Part shown: positions 1 through 9,391 of the stretch, in pieces
Layout: each line of letters opens with the position of its first letter
How positions within the stretch are numbered: position 1 is the first letter of the stretch
IMG/VR virus record: IMGVR_UViG_3300048924_000100
Coordinates: 124,001 to 188,000 of that record
Direction: 5' to 3' (one strand)
Length of the DNA stretch: 64,000 bases
The notes under the pieces: generated by a model
The model's input: the letters and a program-made list of their open reading frames with translations, nothing else
Databases searched by the model: none
Told to the model about the DNA's origin: nothing
Program-made: the position numbers and the translations under genes

Positions 1-1
1 G

Positions 2-163
2 AAATACTTCACCAGCTTTGTAACTTGCGTGGACAACCGTGGTTCGGGAACAACGGCAATCTTTGAACGCCAGCAGAACATCCTGAACCTTCCGAAAACC
101 TTCGCGGTTAAAGACCGTCAATCAAGTGTACTGGAATGTTTCCTCCAGCATGCGGTGTCATAA
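2..163 (+). CDS. 3' end of upstream gene, probably non-virion RNA polymerase beta'-like subunit (phiKZ gp74-like), partial
   Basis: Open frame from window edge: KYFTSFVTCVDNRGSGTTAIFERQQNILNLPKTFAVKDRQSSVLECFLQHAVS*. Product inferred from position directly upstream of the SF2 helicase, as in phiKZ. Confidence 0.5.
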   Translation, partial: KYFTSFVTCVDNRGSGTTAIFERQQNILNLPKTFAVKDRQSSVLECFLQHAVS

Positions 164-178
164 CTCGAAGTCCTCCTT

Positions 179-210
179 AGGGGGGACTTCGGTCCCCCTT
201 TAATGTTTTT
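179..210 (+). terminator. Hairpin with C(UUCG)G tetraloop, probable terminator
   Basis: AGGGGGGAC-TTCG-GTCCCCCTT followed by TAATGTTTTT, just after the stop at 163. An alternative overlapping hairpin GAAGTCCTCC/GGGGGACTTC is also present. Confidence 0.6.
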
Positions 211-223
211 GAGGCTTTTTGGT

Positions 224-2560
224 ATGAGGCATTCCGCCACTTTATCCTCAGGTCACACCTACCTGCGTATCTTTGGGTATTACGGCGATTTCTGTGCAAA
301 GGTTATTATTCCTTTCTGCCGTGCTCATTTGTACAAGACTGGTAAGGTTCCATTGCCGGGCACCAATAAACAGGTGTGGAAAGTGACTCACGTGTTCGCT
401 CAGTCTAACCACGACAAAACTGAGTACCGAATTCCTGTTAGTTTAATGAAAGAGTTCCTGGAGTTTGCACAGTACCGGGGCTACAATACTGCTCGTATTG
501 CTATTGAAACAGAACCTGAGATCGAAGGCGTAGACTGCGAGTTCGAGTTACGTCCCGAAATGTCCACACCTCTGGCTGAACAAGAGGAATGGATTGAGTA
601 CCAGTTAGCAGAAGGTGCGATCAAGATCAACAACGCCCCTACAGGCGGTGGTAAGGCTCTGGCTAACGATACACCGGTTAGAACTGTACACGGCTGGCGC
701 CCTATTGGTCAGATCAAGGTTAACGATCTGGTCATGGCTCCTGACGGCTCCCACACGTACGTTACAGGCGTTTTCCCACAAGGCAAGACCAAGACCTTCC
801 GTCTGACGTTTGAAGACGGCAGGAACGTTGTAGCGTGCCCTGAGCATCAATGGGAAGTGCGTGCTGAAGGCGAGACCGAATGGCAGGTATTGACAACACA
901 GCAGTTAGTGGACAGTCAGAAGAATTGGCAGATTCCGCTGACCGCCAGTGAACGCAATGTCGATCGTGGTGATATCATCGATTCTTACTTAATCGGTAAG
1001 ACAGATCGTATCCTGGGTGAGAAGTATCTAGAAGGTTCCCATTCACAACGGATGGGGTTAATACGCGGCTTACTGGATAACACCGGTGAACCACAGCCTG
1101 ATGGATCGATCATCTTCCGGACTGAATACGGTATAACAGCCAAGATGGTTCGTGATCTGGTCCGCAGTATCGGTGGTATCGCCAAGGCAAAGTTTGAAAA
1201 CTTCAACAACGTGGTCTGGATTAAACACCGAACTCCAGAGATCCTGTTTACTGATGAGGACAAGGTAGACAAGCTGTGTGGGAGTGAGAACCGTGACCTG
1301 GGACTGAAGATCTCGGCTATTGTACCTGCCCTGCCCACACATACCACTTGCATCGCTGTAGAACACCCGTCACACTGTTTTGTGATCAAGGACTACCTGG
1401 TCACCCACAACACCTACATGAGCCTCTATACTGCCGTTAAGCTCGGTAAGCGGATCCTCATTACAGTGCAGCCACGTTACATCACCACCTGGATCAACGA
1501 CATCGAGAAAACGTTGATCGTCAAACCAGGCGATATCGTGGTGTGGGAGAACACGTCATTGCCATTACTGGGAGAGAACATCGAGAAGGGACTCATTAAT
1601 CCCAAGATCGTTATCGTTCCGTTCTCCCGGATCTCGGGGTACTTGCGCAATAGTCGTAAGGATCCAACCGCAGTACCGCTTGGCAAGATCTTTGAACAGA
1701 TCAACCCGGGTCTCCGTATTGTGGACGAGGGACATGAATCGTTCCACGAGATCTGTCTGTCACTGTTCCATGGCAACGTTAAGAAGTTGATTACCAACTC
1801 GGCTACATTGAGTGGTGATGATCCATTCATGAACCGGATGTACAACTTGATGCTGCCAATCAGTCTCAGGCTTAAAGAACCTGATCCTGAGAACTACATT
1901 GACATTGTCGCTTACATGTATCACTTGTGTCAGCGCAAGTTCTTCTTGAAGACAATGCAGTTCGGCAGCTACAACGACATGGCGTTGGAGGCGTCCATTC
2001 TTCGCAGTCCTGTACTAACCCAGTTCTACTTCCAGATTGCCAACAACATGTTCGTCGAGTATTACATCGGCAAGGGCAGTCCAGGAGAGTACGGGTACAT
2101 TCCGCCTATCAGGGAGCCGGGTACCAAGTGTCTGTTCTTCTTCTCGCGTATTGAAATGTGCGAGACCATGCTGGCGATGTTCCAAAAGAAATACCCAGAC
2201 ATGGACTTCTGTACCTACCTTGGTACGAAAGATAAGAAGACTCCCACGAAGTATCTGGAGCATGAGATCGTCATTACCACACCAGGCAGTTGCGGTACGG
2301 GTAAGGACATCCCAGGATTGGTCAGGACGTTCTGTTTCCACACGGTCTTCTCGACCCAACGGAATAAACAGATGATCGGTCGTCTCCGGCAGTTCCGTGG
2401 TAAATTTGCGCACTTCATTGGGCGTATTACTCCAATGTTCATCTTCGCGTTCTGCAACGACATCGGTAAGCATCAGGAGTGTTTCCAGAAACGGCGAGTT
2501 GCCTTCGCTGCCAAGGAGAAGAGCTTCAAGCTTATTGAATCTAACTGCTCGCTCAATTAA
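224..2560 (+). CDS. Superfamily-2 (UvsW/Rad25-like) helicase, intein-containing (phiKZ gp75-like)
   Basis: After intein removal: Walker A NAPTGGGK/TYM, Walker B IVDEGHE, motif III NSATL, GTGKDIP and motif VI QMIGRLR. Start placed at ATG 224 (GAGG at 211-214) rather than 203. Confidence 0.9.
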   Translation: MRHSATLSSGHTYLRIFGYYGDFCAKVIIPFCRAHLYKTGKVPLPGTNKQVWKVTHVFAQSNHDKTEYRIPVSLMKEFLEFAQYRGYNTARIAIETEPEIEGVDCEFELRPEMSTPLAEQEEWIEYQLAEGAIKINNAPTGGGKALANDTPVRTVHGWRPIGQIKVNDLVMAPDGSHTYVTGVFPQGKTKTFRLTFEDGRNVVACPEHQWEVRAEGETEWQVLTTQQLVDSQKNWQIPLTASERNVDRGDIIDSYLIGKTDRILGEKYLEGSHSQRMGLIRGLLDNTGEPQPDGSIIFRTEYGITAKMVRDLVRSIGGIAKAKFENFNNVVWIKHRTPEILFTDEDKVDKLCGSENRDLGLKISAIVPALPTHTTCIAVEHPSHCFVIKDYLVTHNTYMSLYTAVKLGKRILITVQPRYITTWINDIEKTLIVKPGDIVVWENTSLPLLGENIEKGLINPKIVIVPFSRISGYLRNSRKDPTAVPLGKIFEQINPGLRIVDEGHESFHEICLSLFHGNVKKLITNSATLSGDDPFMNRMYNLMLPISLRLKEPDPENYIDIVAYMYHLCQRKFFLKTMQFGSYNDMALEASILRSPVLTQFYFQIANNMFVEYYIGKGSPGEYGYIPPIREPGTKCLFFFSRIEMCETMLAMFQKKYPDMDFCTYLGTKDKKTPTKYLEHEIVITTPGSCGTGKDIPGLVRTFCFHTVFSTQRNKQMIGRLRQFRGKFAHFIGRITPMFIFAFCNDIGKHQECFQKRRVAFAAKEKSFKLIESNCSLN
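656..1411 (+). mobile_element. Intein (252 aa, class 3 signature) with degenerate LAGLIDADG endonuclease
   Basis: Starts ALANDTPV after Walker A GK. Block B ACPEHQW, block F TTCIAVEHPSHCF, ends VTHN followed by Thr(+1). Remnant endonuclease blocks DSYLIG, GLIRGLLDNTG, VRDLVRSIGG. Confidence 0.9.
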
Positions 2561-2592
2561 TACGGGCGAGTGCCCCTAAACGGACAGTAGAC

Positions 2593-3033
2593 ATGCACAA
2601 GTTTGAAACTAAAGGCGCACGAACTGTCACCAAGGCTGTGATACTGGAATGTCCCGGCCTTGGTTTGGCCGGGGATCTGGTGACGACAGTTGTTGGTGAG
2701 TCCATCACTGACTTCCTGCTTAACCTGACAGACGTCGAAGCACGAATCGACGATGAGTGGTATTACTCGCTTCTAAGAGATCGTCTTTATAACGACGACG
2801 GTGAAGTGGTCTCCTGGTGGTATTCCGAACAGGAGAAGGTAATGTTTGAAAGAGACCCGTATGGGCACTTGATGTTGTACGGCCAACAGGTAAGCAATTA
2901 CCTAGAGGCTATCGCAAGACTGAATGAAGCCGACATTAATCTGTTGTATTCCAGCATGCACATGGAAGAGATTACCATAGGCCTCAGCCTGAAAGACAAA
3001 CTCATCCTACTTGTGAGAGGAAGAATGCCATGA
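2593..3033 (+). CDS. Hypothetical protein (146 aa)
   Basis: ORF in the helicase operon; ATGA overlap with the next gene; no recognisable motif. Confidence 0.7.
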   Translation: MHKFETKGARTVTKAVILECPGLGLAGDLVTTVVGESITDFLLNLTDVEARIDDEWYYSLLRDRLYNDDGEVVSWWYSEQEKVMFERDPYGHLMLYGQQVSNYLEAIARLNEADINLLYSSMHMEEITIGLSLKDKLILLVRGRMP

Positions 3034-3407
3034 CTACAAAAGCTCATTTCATCCCAACCCCAGGGATCGAACAGCTTCCCCACTTCTACGTGATTCAGAA
3101 GTTGATCGAAGAACGTATTCGGTCGATTCTCCAGAATGACAGCTTCGTTGACAAGTCGCACTTCCTGGTTAGTCAGTACATTGAAGTGCCGACCACCTTC
3201 ACCACTCCGGAGCAGGTGGGTAAGTACGTCAACGAAATGTCCAAGACGATTCTCCAGACGTTTAACGAGTACGAGAAGACGCCGGAATATCACGACGCGA
3301 TCATGCAGCTTAAGCCGTATGAAAACACCATGTTCCAGATCACCAGCACGACCTATGTAGGCGTTCAGGTCTTGTTGAGGTTCGAGGATAAGGAACTGGC
3401 GAGTTAA
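3030..3407 (+). CDS. Hypothetical protein (125 aa)
   Basis: GAGG RBS, ATGA overlap upstream and TAATG overlap downstream (translational coupling). Confidence 0.7.
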   Translation: MTTKAHFIPTPGIEQLPHFYVIQKLIEERIRSILQNDSFVDKSHFLVSQYIEVPTTFTTPEQVGKYVNEMSKTILQTFNEYEKTPEYHDAIMQLKPYENTMFQITSTTYVGVQVLLRFEDKELAS

Positions 3408-3946
3408 TGCTTTCCTTCATCCTTAAACTTGATCCAGAAACCCGCGAAGAACTCTATTCGGATGTTGCGTTAGAGTTCCTCGACTTGATCATGCTAGAGG
3501 CCATCTTCGTTATATTCCAGATGGCCAATCCCTATGACTATCCGCTGATTGACGATATTGAATATCTGTCGGATGATCCTGATTCCCAGTTCGAAGCCTC
3601 AGTGGAGTATCTGCTGGCGTATCTGGCTGAAAAGAATCCGCAAGATGGGGTGCAACTCCTGGACTCTGAGTTTGTTGAATACGACCCAGGGTACCGAGAT
3701 GCAGTTATGGTCAAGTTGGGTTGCGCGGTTGATGCGATCAACGCCTTCAACGACCAATCTGAAATGGAAGCTATCAAGAATGTCTTGAAGCAACCAGGCT
3801 TTCAGAAGCGGTTCAAGTTCTCCACCTTACACCTGAAAGACCGGGTGGTGTTTAACATCTCGCCGCAAGCCGACGAGTTGGGGTTACCCAGTATCGGCTC
3901 TGGTGGTCTGATGCTATCTGGGCTACCTACGTTGCCTCCATGCTGA
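3407..3946 (+). CDS. Hypothetical acidic protein (179 aa)
   Basis: TAATG-coupled to the previous gene; ends just before a bidirectional terminator. Confidence 0.7.
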   Translation: MLSFILKLDPETREELYSDVALEFLDLIMLEAIFVIFQMANPYDYPLIDDIEYLSDDPDSQFEASVEYLLAYLAEKNPQDGVQLLDSEFVEYDPGYRDAVMVKLGCAVDAINAFNDQSEMEAIKNVLKQPGFQKRFKFSTLHLKDRVVFNISPQADELGLPSIGSGGLMLSGLPTLPPC

Positions 3947-3952
3947 CAACTG

Positions 3953-4010
3953 TATAACCCTACCAACCCCTCAGTGGGGTTGGTAGGGTTATATAACAGC
4001 TTTATTTTTT
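3953..4010. terminator. Bidirectional terminator between convergent operons
   Basis: 18-bp stem TATAACCCTACCAACCCC-TCAGT-GGGGTTGGTAGGGTTATA, then a delayed T-tract on +. Confidence 0.85.
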
Positions 4011-4012
4011 TG

Positions 4013-5314
4013 CTACTTGACAGCAGTAGCCAGGTTCAACTTAACCCGCTTACGACCAGCCTGGTGGTGGGCCTTCATCCGTTGCAACATGAACTCTGTT
4101 GGTACACGTACAACTTCCGCAGAGAGACGGGAAGCAAACATCGCCAACCCTTCACCCAAGCAGATCTTGCAGTAGTTACCTTCAGTGGTCATGCAGAACT
4201 GAGGTACACGCATCAGTACAGGCTTGTTAAGGATCTTCGCCAACACTTCTGGAGTGATCAGTACAGGCTCTTTGCCCTGCATGTAGTAACCACCCACCCA
4301 GCTATTGCCGTTCTCCTTAACCAGGGTCATCTCTTCAGTACGAGGAGTGCCACAGTCAGTGCCTTCAACCTTACCACGACCAATCAGACGCAGCGTTTCT
4401 TTTACCTGGCTACCACCTTCACCGGTTGCCATGGAACGAGAGTACGCACCTGCTACCGCGGCGTTGGTCTGTACCACGACCTGCTCAGGGTCAAGACCTT
4501 CATCGAGAGAACGAGGCAATGCAACCCACTCACCGCTTTCTTCATCCAGTTCGATACCGAAAGCAATGAACATACGTTTACGCGCAGTGTTGATGAACTT
4601 GTCGTTGATGAAGAAGTTCTTGCTCTTCCCCTTCATCATTTCTTCACGGTCCATTTGAACCAGTTCGTCAACGGCCGCTGTAAAGGCTACAGGGTCGTTC
4701 ATCTTGCCTTCAGCCTTGAGCTTGCTGAAGAGTTCGTCCTTACGCTTAAGTACCGCCTGAGAGACCGACAGGGCGTCCAGACCACCAGGCTTAACGAAGA
4801 ACGAACCCAACCCTTCCAGGTAGTAGCTGTTCTCAGTAAACTTCAGGCAGTCGTCAACGGAAGCCTTATCGTCAGGAACAGTTTCGCCTTCCTTTGGATT
4901 GTCCACCATGAGTCGGTTGATATGCCCCTCAATCAACTTCTTGGTGAAGCCAGCGTTGACGTAATCCACCTTACCTTTGAACGGTTCCCACCACAGCACG
5001 ATGTTGAACAACATCAGACCGAAGGTAGAGTCAACCGCCTTGCCCTTGAGCATTGGGTGGAAGTCCGCAGGAAACGAGAACTTGTCGTCCATCACAGCAA
5101 AGGGTTCATCTACCTTGCCGTCCAGTACAACAGTTTCGCTGTCAATGATTGCGTGGAACTTGCCTTTCTCAACAAAGACAGTCCACGGGATCTTCTTGAA
5201 GGCGCCAGCAGACTCAGCATCTTCGAACTGGATCGAGATGATTGACTGCACCGCCGCCTTGTTGGCGTAACCCAGGTTATTAAACCAGAGCTTGAGGAAA
5301 TCGAGTTTAGTCAT
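4013..5314 (-). CDS. Virion RNA polymerase beta'-like subunit (phiKZ gp80-like)
   Basis: Bridge-helix-like AYSRSMATGEGGSQVKETLR, beta' zinc-site residues DCGT...RVPQFC...YCKICLG, and trigger-loop-like region EFMLQRMKAHH. Confidence 0.8.
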   Translation of the reverse strand: MTKLDFLKLWFNNLGYANKAAVQSIISIQFEDAESAGAFKKIPWTVFVEKGKFHAIIDSETVVLDGKVDEPFAVMDDKFSFPADFHPMLKGKAVDSTFGLMLFNIVLWWEPFKGKVDYVNAGFTKKLIEGHINRLMVDNPKEGETVPDDKASVDDCLKFTENSYYLEGLGSFFVKPGGLDALSVSQAVLKRKDELFSKLKAEGKMNDPVAFTAAVDELVQMDREEMMKGKSKNFFINDKFINTARKRMFIAFGIELDEESGEWVALPRSLDEGLDPEQVVVQTNAAVAGAYSRSMATGEGGSQVKETLRLIGRGKVEGTDCGTPRTEEMTLVKENGNSWVGGYYMQGKEPVLITPEVLAKILNKPVLMRVPQFCMTTEGNYCKICLGEGLAMFASRLSAEVVRVPTEFMLQRMKAHHQAGRKRVKLNLATAVK

Positions 5315-6213
5315 GGGTTAAGGTCCAGGAGGCCAATCATCTTCTCAACTGCCAAGAGGGCCAGGTGATCATGAATGACATCGTTAATGAAGACCAGGAG
5401 CTGTTCACGAAGGGTATCGTTGTTCAACTCACTGATGAGGTACAGGCCCATGACCTCCTTGCCGTAAGCAACCTGGTTGTCCATCGACGGGTAATCGAGG
5501 AGCTTAGCCAGATCCGGCTTAAAGAAGTTCATGAGCGTGTCCACAGGGCTGCCTACGCGGCCGTTGTGAATGACGTGCTCATACGCCAAGGTGTTATCGA
5601 TAAGGGCCTTGTTCGCTCTTACACGCTTAATCAGGTTAGCAGGGATACCATCCTCCACATCACCGGTCAGCAGGTTGTCGCGAACCGCCTTTAAAGTTAC
5701 CTCGCTAACATCTTGTAGTAGCAACTCGTAATTGACGAGGGATACACTGTCACCCATGTATTTCTGGAAAATCAGTAGGAACCGATCAACAGGGGGAATG
5801 TCAACAGAATCCAGAATGTTACCCAAACCAATGACGTCTTCATAGCGGTCCATCTCGTGGAAGAAGTTGCCAACATGGATAAGTTCCTCCAGTCGTTCGT
5901 GAGTGACCTCATCCAGGTTGATAATAAAACCAAGACGGGTCAGTACGTCGATTATATTGTTGGCGATCAATTCGTAGATTTGTTTCTTCTTGATGTACGT
6001 GTCGAAGTTCTCATCGACGATGATTTCGGTGATTACGTTCTGTAGCAACGACTCGGGGGTGTTCAACAGAATTAAATTGAACCCGTCGGTCAATATTTTA
6101 GCTTGGAGGTCGGGTATAGAGGCCTTGAAGTCAACCCAGATACCACCGATGAGAGTAGTAGCGAAGTCTTCTTCCGCTTCCATCATCACCACTTCGTCAG
6201 TCTCAGTAAGCAT
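5311..6213 (-). CDS. Conserved hypothetical, probable virion protein (phiKZ gp79-like by position)
   Basis: ORF co-oriented with and overlapping the vRNAP gene. Start moved to ATG 6213 (AGGA RBS). Confidence 0.6.
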   Translation of the reverse strand: MLTETDEVVMMEAEEDFATTLIGGIWVDFKASIPDLQAKILTDGFNLILLNTPESLLQNVITEIIVDENFDTYIKKKQIYELIANNIIDVLTRLGFIINLDEVTHERLEELIHVGNFFHEMDRYEDVIGLGNILDSVDIPPVDRFLLIFQKYMGDSVSLVNYELLLQDVSEVTLKAVRDNLLTGDVEDGIPANLIKRVRANKALIDNTLAYEHVIHNGRVGSPVDTLMNFFKPDLAKLLDYPSMDNQVAYGKEVMGLYLISELNNDTLREQLLVFINDVIHDHLALLAVEKMIGLLDLNP

Positions 6214-6254
6214 TGGGACTTTCCTAACGTTAGTTAAACAGGGAATCATAGCAT

Positions 6255-7040
6255 ATGTCTACTAAACAAGCGCAGAAGAAAGCCAAGCGGGCTGCGGCGT
6301 CCAAACAGAAAAAGAAAGTGGCCAACAAAGAACGCAACTTCACCCAGTTCCTGTTGGGCCGTCGTCAAGAGGCTCGTGATGCAGCTTCACCGGAAGGTGT
6401 CCAGGCTGCTGAGGCGCGTCTGCGTTACGACATCGCTACCAAGGGCGTGATCCAAACGGCACTCGACCTGAAGCAGAACAAGCAGGAAACCACCGAATCC
6501 CTGACCAACGTCATTGTGCTGCAAGGCATCAATGAAATGATCCCGATCCTGGGCAACATCCACGGCGTGATCGAAGTTGTTGAAAAACTGGTCGGTATGA
6601 AGAAGATCGTCCTGAGCGAGCCACAACAGGCAGTGATCGACGCTTTCGACCGCCAGATCGTTTCCGTCGCCGAAGACGTTAACGCGATCTTCGTGTTCAT
6701 CAACAAGGAACAACAAGTCGAAGAGTACATCGACCTGTACGTCCACTACACCAACACCCTGGCCGAGATCATGCAGTTCGATATCCCGGCGGTGATGGAA
6801 GAGACCCTGCGTCCTAACGAGCTGGTCATCAACGAATACGTGACCGAACACAAGCACGAAGCCGAAACCAACTACGACTTTGGCATGCGTCTGCACGGCG
6901 AGCGTATTGCTCGTGTGGCTTCGCTGTATCGCACCGTTCAACCGTCGGGTGACGTCATCCCTGAAGGCGCCAAGCCTCTGGAAGGCGAACTGGTAGACGA
7001 AGACGCGTACGAAGACATCGGCGCTAAAGAAATCAACTAA
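6255..7040 (+). CDS. Hypothetical protein with Lys/Arg-rich N-terminus (261 aa)
   Basis: Strong phage codon bias; N-terminus MSTKQAQKKAKRAAASKQKKKVANKE. Confidence 0.75.
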   Translation: MSTKQAQKKAKRAAASKQKKKVANKERNFTQFLLGRRQEARDAASPEGVQAAEARLRYDIATKGVIQTALDLKQNKQETTESLTNVIVLQGINEMIPILGNIHGVIEVVEKLVGMKKIVLSEPQQAVIDAFDRQIVSVAEDVNAIFVFINKEQQVEEYIDLYVHYTNTLAEIMQFDIPAVMEETLRPNELVINEYVTEHKHEAETNYDFGMRLHGERIARVASLYRTVQPSGDVIPEGAKPLEGELVDEDAYEDIGAKEIN

Positions 7041-7064
7041 TCACTTCACGCAAGGAAGTAGTAC

Positions 7065-8813
7065 ATGAGTACTGAGCTCCCCCCAATTGATCCGTTGGAA
7101 GACCAGCCACCAGCGGTACCAAACCCTGTACCGGCTCCAGCTCCGGTAGCTGTAGCTGCGCCTGCTCCAACTCACCGTGATCCGCACACTGCGGTGAACA
7201 CCACGATGAAACAAGTCCTGGTTCCGGAAGATGAGGTCGTTCGTGACCTTACCGCCGAAGAACAGAAGGATGGCGGTTTCATGACTGTCTTCTTGGGCAA
7301 CCGTAAAGAAGACATCATCGCAGCTCAGAACGTTATCGCCCGCTGGTTGGGTTACACCGGCACCAAGGCCATGTGGGACGAGGAGCGTATTCCTGAATCA
7401 GTCTTCCGTAAGGCTGAATCAGACTGGCTCCAGTACATCGAAACGTCATGGCCTGGCAAGACGTCGGATCAAGTGTCCAACCACGCCAGCGATCTCTACG
7501 CCTTCATGTCGGAGATCCAGGATGAGCTGAAGGTCCGTACCTCGGTTATGAACGAGCCTGGCATTGCCAACTCCTCGAACCGTGGTGGCGTGAACACCGG
7601 TGACATCATCGGTAAGAAACCTTCTGCTTCTACCAAGGGTTTCTCCCAGCGCGAAAACATGCGTCGCCGTGCTGCGCGTAAAACGGGTTCTGGTGCTGAC
7701 AAGCTGTCTTACGACGTGCTGTGCCGTGACTCGTTCGCTACGTTCGCCTTCTCGCGTACCAACCATACCGAGATGGGCGCACTGATCAACGACATCCGTC
7801 GCACGTTGACTGGTTACGTTCAACAGATCGGTAACAACAGTGCTGTGCTGGCGCGTATCGCCTCGCTGCGCGTGATCTGGAACTTCATCGCTAAGCGTAT
7901 CACCAACTCGAGCGTAACAGACCTGGCTGACTTCAATCAGCTGTCTAACGTTATCCTGTTGACTGATATGGAAGCGATCATCACTGCACTGATCGAGTCG
8001 ACCAACAGCAAGGGTATCAACCTGAACCTGCGTTGCCTCTCCGGTAACTGTGACTGGGAAGCCTTCAAGCTGGTACAGGCGAGCAAGCTGTTGCGTCATC
8101 GTCACCACATCACGTCTGACGAAGACTCGGCTATCTACGCCAACCTGCTGAACGGCCACGCCAAGTACAGCATGGAAGAAACCCGTGCGCTGAGCCGTGC
8201 TTCGACCTACGGCCTGGACAGCAACCGTGTGTACAACGATGAGAAGTCGATCTACCTGGAATGTGCTCCGCCTACCCTGGCTGAAGCGTTCGGGGCGTTT
8301 GACTTCTTCATCGGTGAAATCAACCCGCAGTTGGCTGAGCTGCGTACGAAGTTGATTGACCCGGCTGAGTATCAGACTCAGGTCACCATGACCTACAACA
8401 ACCTCGGTTCCACGGAGTTCATCCACTGGGTACAGGCACAAGTTGACCTGCCAGCGGAAAACACCGACGAGGAAGAAACTGTGTTCCGCCGTAGCGAGAT
8501 GGACGCCATCGAGTTCAACGGCGGTATCATGGACGTCCTGCGTGATCAGGAAGACCTTAACCGTAACCTGGTGAAGTTCATCCTCAACAAGACACCGTAC
8601 ATGTCGCGTTCCTTTATGGGTGTGCGTAACTACGTGTGTCCGAAGTGCCGGAAGAACATGGCCGACCTGGAAGACCCTGAAGGCCTGCTGGATCGGAAGT
8701 TGGGCTACACGCCAATTGACCCTGTGATGAGTTTTTTTACCCTCACCCAGTGGGCGATGCTCAAGCAAACGGCCGTCCAAAATCAAATCAAGTCCGAAGC
8801 CCTCTCGGAATAA
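7065..8813 (+). CDS. Putative tail/baseplate-hub assembly chaperone (582 aa, zero-frame product)
   Basis: AAGGA RBS. Two Cys pairs (NLRCLSGNC, YVCPKC) and C-terminal PIDPVMSFF resemble T4 gp26/gp51-type hub assembly proteins (inference, no search run). Confidence 0.5.
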   Translation: MSTELPPIDPLEDQPPAVPNPVPAPAPVAVAAPAPTHRDPHTAVNTTMKQVLVPEDEVVRDLTAEEQKDGGFMTVFLGNRKEDIIAAQNVIARWLGYTGTKAMWDEERIPESVFRKAESDWLQYIETSWPGKTSDQVSNHASDLYAFMSEIQDELKVRTSVMNEPGIANSSNRGGVNTGDIIGKKPSASTKGFSQRENMRRRAARKTGSGADKLSYDVLCRDSFATFAFSRTNHTEMGALINDIRRTLTGYVQQIGNNSAVLARIASLRVIWNFIAKRITNSSVTDLADFNQLSNVILLTDMEAIITALIESTNSKGINLNLRCLSGNCDWEAFKLVQASKLLRHRHHITSDEDSAIYANLLNGHAKYSMEETRALSRASTYGLDSNRVYNDEKSIYLECAPPTLAEAFGAFDFFIGEINPQLAELRTKLIDPAEYQTQVTMTYNNLGSTEFIHWVQAQVDLPAENTDEEETVFRRSEMDAIEFNGGIMDVLRDQEDLNRNLVKFILNKTPYMSRSFMGVRNYVCPKCRKNMADLEDPEGLLDRKLGYTPIDPVMSFFTLTQWAMLKQTAVQNQIKSEALSE

Positions 8814-9286
8814 TCCCCCGAGTAGACAATCGGATTGTCTTCAGCCCAGTGTTCAATCAGGTTAACAACCAGCTGCTGGGGAAGTCCATCAAAGGTCTTA
8901 CCCCAGAAGCCATGGTGTTTAACGAGGGCATGTTGCATGACTTGAACATGAACTACTACACCCCGGCTACCATGGACCCGTTCTCTTCAGTTGCTTACAT
9001 CCCTGAGGAGAACACGTTCTACCATGAGTGGTCAATTAAGTCTGTCGCTAAGAAGTATGGGTTCTACAAACTGCATGAGATTCTGCCTTTGCGGGATTAC
9101 ATGGAGATGCCCATGTTCCTTATCGATGACTTGATCAGTGGTGTGACTGAAGGACGTTCTGAGCGAGACAAGATTGACAACCCACCTGATGCCAGTGGTA
9201 ACCACAAACTGCCTAAGGTGGCGGACAGCAATAAAGACTTGGCTGAAATAATGCGTCAACTGGGTTTGGACAAGAAATTGGTCTAA
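8738..9286 (+). CDS. Downstream -1-frame ORF, probably translated as a frameshift extension of 7065..8813
   Basis: Frame is open from 8720 (after TGA 8717-8719) to 9286. The only early start is GTG 8750, with no RBS. Slippery T TTT TTT at 8732-8738. Confidence 0.6.
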   Translation, partial: YPHPVGDAQANGRPKSNQVRSPLGIIPRVDNRIVFSPVFNQVNNQLLGKSIKGLTPEAMVFNEGMLHDLNMNYYTPATMDPFSSVAYIPEENTFYHEWSIKSVAKKYGFYKLHEILPLRDYMEMPMFLIDDLISGVTEGRSERDKIDNPPDASGNHKLPKVADSNKDLAEIMRQLGLDKKLV

Positions 9287-9296
9287 TCACTGCTAG

Positions 9297-9332
9297 CCCC
9301 TAGGGTCCCAACGGGCCCTAGGGGTATAGCCG
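9297..9332 (+). terminator. Hairpin plus TATAGCCG
   Basis: CCCCTAGGGTCC-CAAC-GGGCCCTAGGGG, then TATAGCCG, 10 nt after the stop at 9286. Confidence 0.75.
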
Positions 9333-9333
9333 T

Positions 9334-9341
9334 ATTTTATG
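9334..9341 (+). promoter_or_regulatory. Candidate late (nvRNAP, TATG-type) promoter
   Basis: ATTTTATG, identical to 13149-13156 and 39040-39047, all upstream of genes in intergenic or gene-start regions. phiKZ late promoters carry TATG at the start site. Confidence 0.4.
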
Positions 9342-9391
9342 CTGAAACCATTATTTATGGTCTATCTAACTCTCTACGAAAGGGCCCTTTC

